In this document: positions 1-8,342 of the stretch, piece after piece
Numbering within the stretch: the first letter of the stretch is position 1
How the letters are laid out: the number at the start of each line of letters is the position of its first letter
NCBI GenBank assembly: GCA_019057635.1
Contig: DXJL01000192.1
Coordinates: 1 to 33,254 of the forward strand
Length of the DNA stretch: 33,254 bases
Direction: 5' to 3'
Source: Candidatus Heimdallarchaeota archaeon
GTDB lineage: Archaea; Asgardarchaeota; Heimdallarchaeia; Hodarchaeales; Hodarchaeaceae
Made by a program: the position numbers and the translations under genes
The notes under the pieces: generated by a model
Databases searched by the model: none
What the model saw: the letters and a program-made list of their open reading frames with translations, nothing else
What the model was told of the DNA's origin: nothing

Positions 1-120
1 TGTTCTTCCTGATTCAGCGACGCGAGCCAGCATTAATGCCGGTCTTACCGCTTCTCCACAGGCGTTTAATGTCTCCGCAGAACTCTCGGCGACAGGAAAT
101 ACACATGACTTTCCTGATTG
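1..120 (-). ncRNA. TnpB-associated omega/reRNA-like scaffold (IS200/IS605/IS607 right-end type), orphan, 3' part beyond the window edge
   Basis: Minus strand reads GTCGCCGAGAGTTCTGCGGAGACATTAAACGCCTGTGGAGAAGCGGTAAGACCGGCATTAATGCTGGCTCGCGTCGCTGAATCAGGAA. This matches, from memory, the ...AGTT...AACGCCTGTGGAGA...GTAAGA...TGAAnCAGGAA pattern at tnpB 3' ends, and translates as VAESSAETLNACGEAVRP, a typical TnpB tail. Hairpins at 71-93 and 27-42; long-range CCTG/CAGG pairing (59-62 with 8-11). Locally GC-rich against an AT-rich background. Confidence 0.7.
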
Positions 121-136
121 ATTCGCAACTTTTCTT

Positions 137-144
137 CTTATAAA
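137..144 (-). promoter_or_regulatory. Putative archaeal TATA box (TTTATAAG) for the omega-RNA-like element
   Basis: TTTATAAG on the minus strand lies about 20-27 nt upstream of the start of the structured region (~116-120), the spacing expected for an archaeal promoter. Confidence 0.4.
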
Positions 145-589
145 CCTACTAAGCCCTGTAATCTAAAACAAATTTGCTTGTTTCCCGTTATTCTAATATC
201 AAGAAGTTACATTGCGCGTCATTTTAGGTATAATCCCATGAGATCGGTTGAACACTCTGTTAATCATGTATTTTAATCTCTACTCCCTTCTCCTAAGATC
301 TCCTGCCTTCTAGTTCTCTTCTTTCTGTAATGTCATCTTGACCTATTTGTCTATAAATGTCCAGATCTGTCAATCTATCCGACAACAATATTTACCACCT
401 GTTTAGAAAAATTCTTGCCCCGATGTCGAGAAGCAAAAACGACTATATATTTTTCATTTATTTCTAGTTTTATTCACTCCTACAAGTGGGAATGAAGTTG
501 AACAAGAAATTAATATTTCAAAAATATTTTACACTAGTTATAACTATCATTATATTTCCTCCCTACTAACTCAGATATTCCCCCTTTCT

Positions 590-1129
590 GTGATTTTCAT
601 GCCTGATACCTCATATTTAGAGTATATTGCTACGATCAGGAAGAATAACGATCATTTTTTTAAACATTCTGAGGATTCTCCTCTAACAACGGAGCAAAAA
701 CAATCATTCGAAGGTTTAACTAATTTTCCTGTTAATGAGAAGCTTAATCTTAGAGTTAAACTTCAAAAGAATAAACATCCCGAAGAAGTAACAATTTTAG
801 CAACCAAAGGGGATGAAAGGACGTATCTCCGATATGGATATTTCACTTTTGAGTTTGAAGGAAAGGATAATCGCTTAACTGTCTTCAAACCCCCAGATGA
901 TGAGTATTTATTTGTCCCGTTTAAAGATAAAACATCTGGTATAGAATCCTATGGTGGGGGCCGCTATGTCGAATTGGAACCGTTAGTTGATGGCTTTTTT
1001 AAGATTGATTTTAATCTAGCGTACTTACCTTACTGTGCCTTTAATGATAGATACAGTTGTACACTTATCCCTCCGGAAAATTTTCTAGCGGTTAGAATTC
1101 CTGCAGGGCAAATGAATTACTCACACTGA
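590..1129 (+). CDS. DUF1684 family protein
   Basis: Motifs SPL...F.GL..FP, LFVPFKDKTSGIESYGGGRY and IDFNLAYLPYCAFNDRYSC..PP.EN are typical of DUF1684. The start may be the ATG at 599. Confidence 0.9.
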   Translation: MIFMPDTSYLEYIATIRKNNDHFFKHSEDSPLTTEQKQSFEGLTNFPVNEKLNLRVKLQKNKHPEEVTILATKGDERTYLRYGYFTFEFEGKDNRLTVFKPPDDEYLFVPFKDKTSGIESYGGGRYVELEPLVDGFFKIDFNLAYLPYCAFNDRYSCTLIPPENFLAVRIPAGQMNYSH

Positions 1130-1185
1130 TGTTGAAAAGAATTCTAGAGATTTTGCTCTAGCATCTTTCCTTCTAGGAAACCCTT

Positions 1186-1398
1186 TCATTTCCCATGAAT
1201 TTGCAGAAAGCCTCGGGCAATTATATTTTCTATTTGATTAGAAATTTCCTTCACAAATTCGAATGGGTTTTGGTTGATGGAAGAATTCTTTTTTGTACAA
1301 TATTGATTTAGATCAGTCCCTTCCTCGTATGTTATTATTCGGTCCAGAAGTTCAAATAGAGTTTCTAGTTTATTGAGCAATTCAGATTTTACTTCCAT
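1186..1398 (-). CDS. Small hypothetical protein (70 aa, helical)
   Basis: ATG-initiated ORF filling an otherwise empty gap, with protein-like composition; no recognisable motif. Confidence 0.45.
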   Translation of the reverse strand: MEVKSELLNKLETLFELLDRIITYEEGTDLNQYCTKKNSSINQNPFEFVKEISNQIENIIARGFLQIHGK

Positions 1399-1549
1399 TA
1401 AACTCGGTTGACCTATGAAGTTTCCTGTTTTTATATCCCAATGTTAGTTTCTCTCACAAACCATTCTCTTAAACAAAATGATTTCTCTTGAAAATGTTCC
1501 TCGGATCTTTTAAAGACTCTTGTGAGTATTAGTATTAATTTCCAAAGAA

Positions 1550-1984
1550 ATGGTGAATAAGATGAATATTATTGCTCATATATTGGTAACTTTTCTGTTT
1601 ATTAAATTGGGTGATTTGACTGGAATCGATATTTTTTGGGCTGCTCTTTTTGGAGTGCTAATTGATTTTGACCATCTCATCAAAGTTCCTCTCTATCTCA
1701 AACAAAATGGATTTAAAATTGTAAGGTATTGGAATTGGAGAACGAGTTTACAAGAACCTGTATCTTATTTATGGATAGTGCCATTAGCTGTGTATTCACG
1801 GACCTGGGTTCCTGTGTTTTTCTTCACAACTCATCTTATACTTGATTATATAATGAGTTATGAAAAACAACCTTTTTATCCATTTTTAGACTTTAAAATT
1901 CCGAAAAGGAGAGTTAAAATTGATGATTTTGCTGGAATATCAACAGTGGTGATTGTAGGATGTATATTGTTGTACCTGGTGTAA
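1550..1984 (+). CDS. YdjM/DUF457-like membrane-bound metal-dependent hydrolase
   Basis: N-terminal His, DFDH, HLILD and PFYPF motifs with hydrophobic helices. Probable start is ATG 1562, after a GGTGA SD-like motif. Confidence 0.75.
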   Translation: MVNKMNIIAHILVTFLFIKLGDLTGIDIFWAALFGVLIDFDHLIKVPLYLKQNGFKIVRYWNWRTSLQEPVSYLWIVPLAVYSRTWVPVFFFTTHLILDYIMSYEKQPFYPFLDFKIPKRRVKIDDFAGISTVVIVGCILLYLV

Positions 1985-2583
1985 AGAAAACGTATGATGG
2001 GGTTATGCGCCCAATTTCTGATTTATTTCATCTGAAACTTAAGATGTTACCAAATCATGTATCAGTTTTAGGCTTTTTAATAGGGTTAGTTTCTGTAGGC
2101 CTAATTTTTCTGACACATTGGCAACTCGGATTGATAATGATGGGTATTTCTTTATTTCTCGACGGGGTTGATGGTAATATTGCTCGAGTATATGGATTAG
2201 AAAGTAAAACAGGGGAACAGCTTGAAATTATCTTCGATAGGTCTCTTGAAGTATTAATGTTTGTTGCATTAGCGTATAATTTTGGGGTCGACTACAAAGT
2301 TGTGTTTCTAGCAATATATTCAATATTATTAATGACTTCATTAAGAGATAAAGCGAAGTTTGATCCTGGGTTAAAGAGAGTGTCCCTAATACTCATATTG
2401 GTAATGTCATATGAGATTATTATTTCTCTAGTATTTTTTGCACACATTGGGGCTTTTATTCTTCAGTTATGCATTCTTGATAACAAAAATCAGAATCTAA
2501 ACGTTGAAACTAGTGAGGAGGGTCCTGTGAAGGATGGTATCAATATGAACTACAATCTTCAAGACTATCTTCGAGGTAAATAA
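1960..2583 (+). CDS. CDP-alcohol phosphatidyltransferase family protein
   Basis: PNHVS and DGVDGNIAR-x8-GEQLEIIFDR match the signature D-x2-DG-x2-AR-x8-G-x3-D-x3-D, with the third Asp replaced by Glu; multiple TM helices. Confidence 0.9.
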   Translation: MYIVVPGVKKTYDGVMRPISDLFHLKLKMLPNHVSVLGFLIGLVSVGLIFLTHWQLGLIMMGISLFLDGVDGNIARVYGLESKTGEQLEIIFDRSLEVLMFVALAYNFGVDYKVVFLAIYSILLMTSLRDKAKFDPGLKRVSLILILVMSYEIIISLVFFAHIGAFILQLCILDNKNQNLNVETSEEGPVKDGINMNYNLQDYLRGK

Positions 2584-2584
2584 A

Positions 2585-3184
2585 ATGGTAGATATAATCG
2601 AATCAATTTTTAATTCAATAATTTTTATATTCCCTGCTCTGGTTGCCAATGCGGCACCTGTATTTTTAGGCAGAGGTAACCGCTATAATGGGCCTTTAGA
2701 TGGCGGTAAATTCTGGAAAGATAATAAAAGAATTCTAGGAGACGGTAAAACAATTCGAGGATTTTTAGGTGGTACATTAAGTGGCATATTGACCTGTGTC
2801 GCAATTGTTATCCTTTCTAGTAGCATGAGTTATCCAGTAACGATTGTTAGTCGTTTTAATCAAGGAATTTTATTCCCTTTACTCCAATTCATGGCGAATA
2901 ATTCCTTCCTTCAGGCGATTCTAATCGGATTTCTACTTAGTTGTGGGGCTCTCTTGGGTGATTTAGCAGGTAGTTTTATTAAAAGACGTAGTGGTTTAAA
3001 AAGAGGGGAATCTTTCCTCTTTATGGATCAGTTGGGTTTTCTATTAGCTGCATTAATTCTTGTTTATCCCATTGCTCCTTGGCCAATCGAATGGTTTCTT
3101 CTTCTATTACCTTTAACCCTTGGACTGCATATAGTGTTAAATTTCTTCGGGTACTTAATTGGGATACAGGATGTACCCCTCTAA
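2585..3184 (+). CDS. carS: CDP-archaeol synthase (CDP-2,3-bis-O-geranylgeranyl-sn-glycerol synthase)
   Basis: PALVANAAPV, PLDGGK..D.KRILGDGKTIRG, GALLGDLAGSFIKRR.G..RG and DQL motifs of CarS. Confidence 0.93.
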   Translation: MVDIIESIFNSIIFIFPALVANAAPVFLGRGNRYNGPLDGGKFWKDNKRILGDGKTIRGFLGGTLSGILTCVAIVILSSSMSYPVTIVSRFNQGILFPLLQFMANNSFLQAILIGFLLSCGALLGDLAGSFIKRRSGLKRGESFLFMDQLGFLLAALILVYPIAPWPIEWFLLLLPLTLGLHIVLNFFGYLIGIQDVPL

Positions 3185-3221
3185 TTTATTTTTTTTAGAA
3201 GAAAGTCTATTGTATATCATT

Positions 3222-3452
3222 TTATACCACATCCGAGTAGAGATATTTTTTCATTAACTCATTCACCCATTCTGGTGTGGTGCCATTTACTTTATCAAAC
3301 ATAGGAAAGTAAGGTTTAATGTCAAGAACAGGTGTGCCATTAATTGCATCTAACCCTCTCACTTTAAGAATTCCATCTTGAACTGCGATAATTTTTACCG
3401 TTGTTATTCTAATGGGGTTAGGTCTGTGCTTAGCTCTTTGAGCGAAGATGCC
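3222..3452 (-). pseudogene. trmO: 5'-truncated TrmO/TsaA (YaeB-family) tRNA methyltransferase remnant, C-terminal half only
   Basis: Not in the ORF track. Minus frame reads GIFAQRAKHRPNPIRITTVKIIAVQDGILKVRGLDAINGTPVLDIKPYFPMFDKVNGTTPEWVNELMKKYLYSDVV*. It is preceded directly by an in-frame TGA and has no start codon. Confidence 0.88.
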
Positions 3453-3462
3453 TCATCTCTCT

Positions 3463-4533
3463 TCACTTAAGATTTTCTGGAATAAGAATGGCAAACTGGC
3501 AGACTTCATCCCCTTTTAACACCGTTTTTAGGATATCAACTTTGACTGGTTGTGATAATGCACCTTCCCATTGACGTCGAAACCAACCTGCACTACATAA
3601 GCAATATTCTTTAGGAATATCTGCATCATCAAGAGAATTTCGAATTACTGGACAAAAACAAGCTGCTCGTCGTTTTTCTGCACTTGTAGTTGCCTTTTCA
3701 TATGCTTCTCTATTTGCTGGATTTTTAGTAGCTATGAGAACATTTTCCTCTCTGATTGGAGTATCTCCCCATGCTCGATCTTTCGTCATCATAGCTAATA
3801 CATGATCAATGGAGGCTAGAGGAGTCATGTTTTCTCTTGCTATTTCGTAGGTGCGTTTCATTTTCTTAATTGGTTCAGACGGAAATACATGTGCGCAGCT
3901 CGATAAAATATCGTATGTTTCAACCTCACTTGCATGACAATTAGCTTTGATTATGGCCTTTTTTGCCCATTCGAGACGAGCTTCAAGCGCTGCCTCCACT
4001 TCTAGGGGTTTTGGATTGATCGTCGTAGCTATATCTGAGCCTAATACTCGTTCTGTATGCTGTGTAAACAATTCTTGCCAGTTATGAATAATGAACTGAA
4101 TTTCTATTTCATTACCCTGTGGATTATTCGAGTCTAGATAGAATTCCATAATGAATTCATCTGAAATAAACCCTTTTTTTGTTACGTACTCCCATAATTT
4201 CTTAGAAGTCATGTGTTTCTGATCTACAGGACCAGTATGGATAATCGACAAAACTTCTCGTTTGGGCAATATTCTCGATTTGATATTTCCCATATTGAAT
4301 TCTGAAGATACTGGAAAACCAATTTCCATGTCGGTTCCTTGATCTTTGGGAAGGGAAGATATCCAATTTGTTCTACCAAATGCTGGCCCTGTGATTATTT
4401 TTTTGGGCAAGGACGTATTTAATTGTTCCACTGTTTTGGTAATGTCTTTTGAACTCTTAATACCCGTTCTAATACTTGCTACAAGAGTTTCATGTATACT
4501 TTTATACGTAATTCCGATTTCGTCCATTTTCAT
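3463..4533 (-). CDS. GyrI-like small-molecule-binding domain fused to a Cys-rich DUF6144/V4R-like domain
   Basis: N-half: MEIGFPV, SIIHTGP, EFYL...EIEIQF (GyrI/BmrR effector domain). C-half: CAHVFP, CFCP, YCLCSAGW, TVLKGDEVCQFAI. Confidence 0.8.
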   Translation of the reverse strand: MKMDEIGITYKSIHETLVASIRTGIKSSKDITKTVEQLNTSLPKKIITGPAFGRTNWISSLPKDQGTDMEIGFPVSSEFNMGNIKSRILPKREVLSIIHTGPVDQKHMTSKKLWEYVTKKGFISDEFIMEFYLDSNNPQGNEIEIQFIIHNWQELFTQHTERVLGSDIATTINPKPLEVEAALEARLEWAKKAIIKANCHASEVETYDILSSCAHVFPSEPIKKMKRTYEIARENMTPLASIDHVLAMMTKDRAWGDTPIREENVLIATKNPANREAYEKATTSAEKRRAACFCPVIRNSLDDADIPKEYCLCSAGWFRRQWEGALSQPVKVDILKTVLKGDEVCQFAILIPENLK

Positions 4534-4748
4534 CTGTTTTCATTTCCAATGCCTGATATAAACTTGACCAACCTTATGACTCTGAGAATTCTTCCCCACA
4601 TATTTAATCATTTAATTAGAGGCAAAATCGTGTCCTAAATTCTTTGATTCACTCAAATTATTATTACTGTTTTAGGAACAAGAGGGTTAAATATATCAAG
4701 ATTATGATGGTAATACATTAGTACCTACGTTCCATCGGAGATTAATCA

Positions 4749-5267
4749 ATGGGAATGAAAAATTTAGCAAAATACCACCTATGGGTTGGAGAAAAATCAC
4801 GCGCAATCCTTCAAGAGTTATCTGAAGAGGAATTTGTTCTGGATCTCGGGTCTACACTTGGTTCAACTAAGGAAAAGGTTGTACATATATGTTCAGCATT
4901 GTTGCGGTGCTTTTCACTTCTGAAAATTGAACTATCGTTTTTCGACCACCTTAATGCTCCAGGCGGATTTTATCATCTTTTAGATGAGTACACACAATCA
5001 ACACTCATTGAATTGTGGAAAAATTTGGATTATCAATTAGGGTATGAGATTCAGAATAATTTGGATGGTACAGTGGCTGTTCCTCGGCGAGATGGGGATT
5101 CTTTTTGTATGATGAAAGACGATTTCTACTTACAATATATTATCCATACTATATATCATCGTGGCCAATTGAACTACTGTTTTAAAGCTTTAAATAAACC
5201 TAGAGTTGAGGGAGACTATCTTTATTACTTTGATGAGTTGGACACATCAGTAGACGAAAATATCTAA
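4749..5267 (+). CDS. DinB/YfiT-family metal-binding protein
   Basis: YHLW at the N-terminus, VVHI, and HTIYHRGQ give the His triad of the DinB superfamily. Confidence 0.85.
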   Translation: MGMKNLAKYHLWVGEKSRAILQELSEEEFVLDLGSTLGSTKEKVVHICSALLRCFSLLKIELSFFDHLNAPGGFYHLLDEYTQSTLIELWKNLDYQLGYEIQNNLDGTVAVPRRDGDSFCMMKDDFYLQYIIHTIYHRGQLNYCFKALNKPRVEGDYLYYFDELDTSVDENI

Positions 5268-5278
5268 TTACACCCCTT

Positions 5279-6292
5279 CTAACTGTCTTGGAATGTATGA
5301 ATAGTTTCCAGAGCTAATGCAGGGGGACATCCAACTGGTAACCATACAACTGGATTTGTGATGCCACTTTTTCTAAGCGTTTCATATCGGGCTAAGACTT
5401 TTTCAGGTGGCCCTACCGCTGCAAGCCTTGCTAACATTTCCTCACTTACTTCCTTTAATGCTAGTTCTCTATCTCCGGCATTCCAAGCTCGAGTTATTCG
5501 CTCTACTTCTTCTGTAAAACCATATTGTTTTGCTACCCGTGCGTAATAGGTACCCATTCCTCCGATATAGAATGATAATTGCTTTTGGACATAGTATTTT
5601 GCTTTAGGATCTTCAGAGGCACATGTTACAATGAAGGGGGCAATCTCTTTATCCTTATTGTCAATTTTTTGACGTTTCGCTATCCCTTTTTCGAAATTGT
5701 CCTTTAAACTAGGTATTTCGGGATATGAAGTCCATATCGGTAACCATCCATCCGCTAATTCACCTGCTAGCTGGACATTCTTAGTTCCGAAAGCCGCTAA
5801 GTATACGGGTACCTTTACTGGGGTTTCAAACGTGCGTAACTTGAAGTTTTTCAGTTTAAAAATGGTTCCTGTATCGTAATTAACTGTTTCTCCGGAAAAT
5901 ATGAGGTGAAGGATTTCCAAGTACTCACGGGTACGTTGCATTGGAGATCCATGGTAGTAATTTAAACCATGCCAGTTTTGAACAACTTGAGGTCCACTTA
6001 ACCCTACTCCTAATATAAACCGTCCTTCGGTTTGCTCATCAATACTCGCTGCCGCCTGTGCCATAGTAGCTGGTGAGCGTGAGTACATATTGACAATCCC
6101 TGTTCCAAAGACAAGATTTTCAGTTTGGGTTGCCATTCGTGCACACTCAAGGAACGCATCATACCCCCATACTTCTGGTATGAATATATGGGTAAATGCG
6201 GAATTATCAAGAACTTCTAGTAAATCGTGAGTTTGTGAGGGAGGTAAAAAGTCGTAACTTATGGTAAATCCAAGTTTTGTTTGTTTTGGCAA
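5279..6292 (-). CDS. LLM-class (luciferase-like) oxidoreductase, probably F420-dependent
   Basis: PEVWGYDAF, GTGIVNMYSRSPATMAQAAASID, GRFILGVGLSG and LAGELADGW motifs. Confidence 0.9.
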   Translation of the reverse strand: MPKQTKLGFTISYDFLPPSQTHDLLEVLDNSAFTHIFIPEVWGYDAFLECARMATQTENLVFGTGIVNMYSRSPATMAQAAASIDEQTEGRFILGVGLSGPQVVQNWHGLNYYHGSPMQRTREYLEILHLIFSGETVNYDTGTIFKLKNFKLRTFETPVKVPVYLAAFGTKNVQLAGELADGWLPIWTSYPEIPSLKDNFEKGIAKRQKIDNKDKEIAPFIVTCASEDPKAKYYVQKQLSFYIGGMGTYYARVAKQYGFTEEVERITRAWNAGDRELALKEVSEEMLARLAAVGPPEKVLARYETLRKSGITNPVVWLPVGCPPALALETIHTFQDS

Positions 6293-6311
6293 ACTAATTT
6301 CCTTCTAGTTG

Positions 6312-7715
6312 CTAATCTTCCCAGTTGACCAATCTTCTTTCCCCTTCGAGAGCACGGATGGAAGTTACATCTTGCATAACTTCGATCGTTCCTTGATATT
6401 CTCCATTGTCATCTCTAACTGCAAAGTATCGGATATGTAAAAACTTCCCTTCCATTGTGATCCAAAATTCTGCCTGATCCTTCCTTCCTGATCTAAAAGC
6501 TTCGATTATCTGAATCACTTTCTCTAGACTTTTCGGAGGATGACATTTTTGCACCTTTCTCCCGATAACTCCTGGACTTCGGGGAAATATTCGTTCTTTT
6601 GCCCCAGAATAATAGAGAACTTCATCTTGTGTGTTGATATACGAGATCTCAATCGGAAGGTGTGTAAGCATTAAATCAATCTGTTCTAAAGTTAATTTTC
6701 CAGTATTAAGGTCTAAAGCATCAGCTGTGATGTCGGGAGTTGGGGTCTGATGTATAATATCAGGTGTAAGTGGTTTCCACTCATCTCCAGGGGTAACCCA
6801 GGCGAATCCAATTTCCTCCTCACCATGTTTCACTGTTTGCCAGTCTAATGTTGTCAATAATTCTAAACTAGTTGGAAAAAGAATTGTTTCTTCTTTGAAT
6901 GTCATATCTTCCACTTGAGAAGTGAGTTCTTCAAGATCCACTTCTTCACCTTTACGGAATAATTGTCTCGTTTCATCATGTTTCGCCCACATTACTTGTG
7001 AAGGACCAGCGAAATCCTTTTTTTCTAACATTGGGAATAGTTGATTTTCAAGACGTGTGTAATGAATTTCAATTTTTGCTAGTTCTTTAATTAATTCTGG
7101 TGACGGATTCTCTCTGAGTTTCGCAATTATTTTTTTGGCCTCTGAATTTTCTGCCATATAGGTATGAATGGGGTGGCCAGGGATAGTTTGTGGTTTTTTA
7201 TTTTCAGCTAGTGTGTCCTCAAAGATACCAACATGCAAATCGCACAACAAGGTTATTTGTTCAACAGTTAATTCTCCTGAGTCAATAAGCTCTTGTTCCA
7301 TTGAAGCGATATCCGTTGCCTCAATGTCTCCTATAATCTCTTTGAATCGTGCTTTTAATGTCTGAAGTTCTCCTCCCGCGTGCAGTTCTAATACTAATGC
7401 TTTCAACATCTCTCGTTTTCGCGTATGTTCATCTTCCCATCCACTTATCCTTTCTGACCCCACATTTAGTTCCACCTTCGTACTTGTAGCTTCCTTTATC
7501 TTTTTTGAGAAGAAAGAAATTACTTCATTCAAATCTCTGTTAATCATATCTGAGACATCAGTAAGCGTAGCTCTTCTCCCAACCGTTTTACGTAAAATAG
7601 GATTTTTAAAACGTCGTAATATCGGATCTAACTCCACTAAAACGTCAGTTAAAAATGGGTATTCATCAATGACATCCATAATTTTAGTTGCTTCTGAGAG
7701 GATCAATTTGGACAT
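6312..7715 (-). CDS. DUF1858-DUF438-hemerythrin-PAS domain protein
   Basis: CDLHV, GHPIHTYMAEN, HYTRLENQLFP, VMWAKHDE, FKEETILFP, and a C-terminal PAS domain RIFPRSPGVIGRKVQKCHPPKS. Confidence 0.9.
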   Translation of the reverse strand: MSKLILSEATKIMDVIDEYPFLTDVLVELDPILRRFKNPILRKTVGRRATLTDVSDMINRDLNEVISFFSKKIKEATSTKVELNVGSERISGWEDEHTRKREMLKALVLELHAGGELQTLKARFKEIIGDIEATDIASMEQELIDSGELTVEQITLLCDLHVGIFEDTLAENKKPQTIPGHPIHTYMAENSEAKKIIAKLRENPSPELIKELAKIEIHYTRLENQLFPMLEKKDFAGPSQVMWAKHDETRQLFRKGEEVDLEELTSQVEDMTFKEETILFPTSLELLTTLDWQTVKHGEEEIGFAWVTPGDEWKPLTPDIIHQTPTPDITADALDLNTGKLTLEQIDLMLTHLPIEISYINTQDEVLYYSGAKERIFPRSPGVIGRKVQKCHPPKSLEKVIQIIEAFRSGRKDQAEFWITMEGKFLHIRYFAVRDDNGEYQGTIEVMQDVTSIRALEGERRLVNWED

Positions 7716-7895
7716 TTTTTTTCACCTGCTAATTAGATCAATTTCACTATTGACAATTATTTTCATGATTTTAATACATCATCCCCGAAAATCGTAGAGT
7801 AGTTAATTTATCTTCTAATTTACATCTTCTTCCTAAGACAGGTTCATTTTCAAGATATAGACGTCTAAATTACTAGCAACAAGTGAAACCAAACA

Positions 7896-7917
7896 CATAT
7901 GAATGATTGTTCATATG
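7896..7917. promoter_or_regulatory. ArsR/SmtB-family operator (inverted repeat)
   Basis: CATATGAA-TGATTG-TTCATATG, a perfect 8-bp inverted repeat resembling SmtB/CzrA boxes, 56 nt upstream of the cadC-like start. Confidence 0.8.
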
Positions 7918-7973
7918 AGTTACTTGGATATAATTTCAGTTTTATACATATCACATATTAGGTACGGCTCCAA

Positions 7974-8330
7974 ATGTCAAACGATTGTGAAGAATTTGTG
8001 ATTCATCCAGATAATGTCGCTCATGCTAAAAAAACACTTGAAGATAGTAATCCCACCGAGTTAGCTGGCTTCTTTAAGCTTTTAGCTGGTGAAACTCGCA
8101 TTAAAATACTTCTCGCATTATCTGAAGTAGAGCTATGTGTATGCGATATTAGTACGACTTTGAATGCAAAACAATCAGCAATTTCTCATCAACTTCGTTA
8201 TTTAAGACAACACAGATTGGTAAAAACCCGACGGGATGGAAAACAAATCTTTTATACCCTAGAAAGGGAGCATCTTCATCCTATTCTGGCTCAAACTTTG
8301 GCTCATATGAAGGAAGAAGAAGCTAGCTAA
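7974..8330 (+). CDS. ArsR/SmtB-family metal-sensing repressor (CadC/ZiaR-like)
   Basis: ELCVCD alpha-3 site, QSAISHQLRYLR HTH, and an alpha-5-like site EH-x10-H-x2-E; lies upstream of a P1B ATPase. Confidence 0.92.
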   Translation: MSNDCEEFVIHPDNVAHAKKTLEDSNPTELAGFFKLLAGETRIKILLALSEVELCVCDISTTLNAKQSAISHQLRYLRQHRLVKTRRDGKQIFYTLEREHLHPILAQTLAHMKEEEAS

Positions 8331-8342
8331 GAGAGTGATTCC

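Noticed and set aside
121-589. tnpB or tnpA coding sequence upstream of the omega-like RNA
   Set aside because: The minus-strand frames examined contain stops and show no Zn-finger, RuvC or HUH motifs.
4346-4561. 71-aa plus-strand ORF
   Set aside because: Antisense shadow of the GyrI-like gene.
5358-7365. Short ORFs 5358-5546, 5697-5879, 6010-6210 and 7168-7365
   Set aside because: Antisense or out-of-frame inside the well-supported LLM and DUF438 genes; no motifs.
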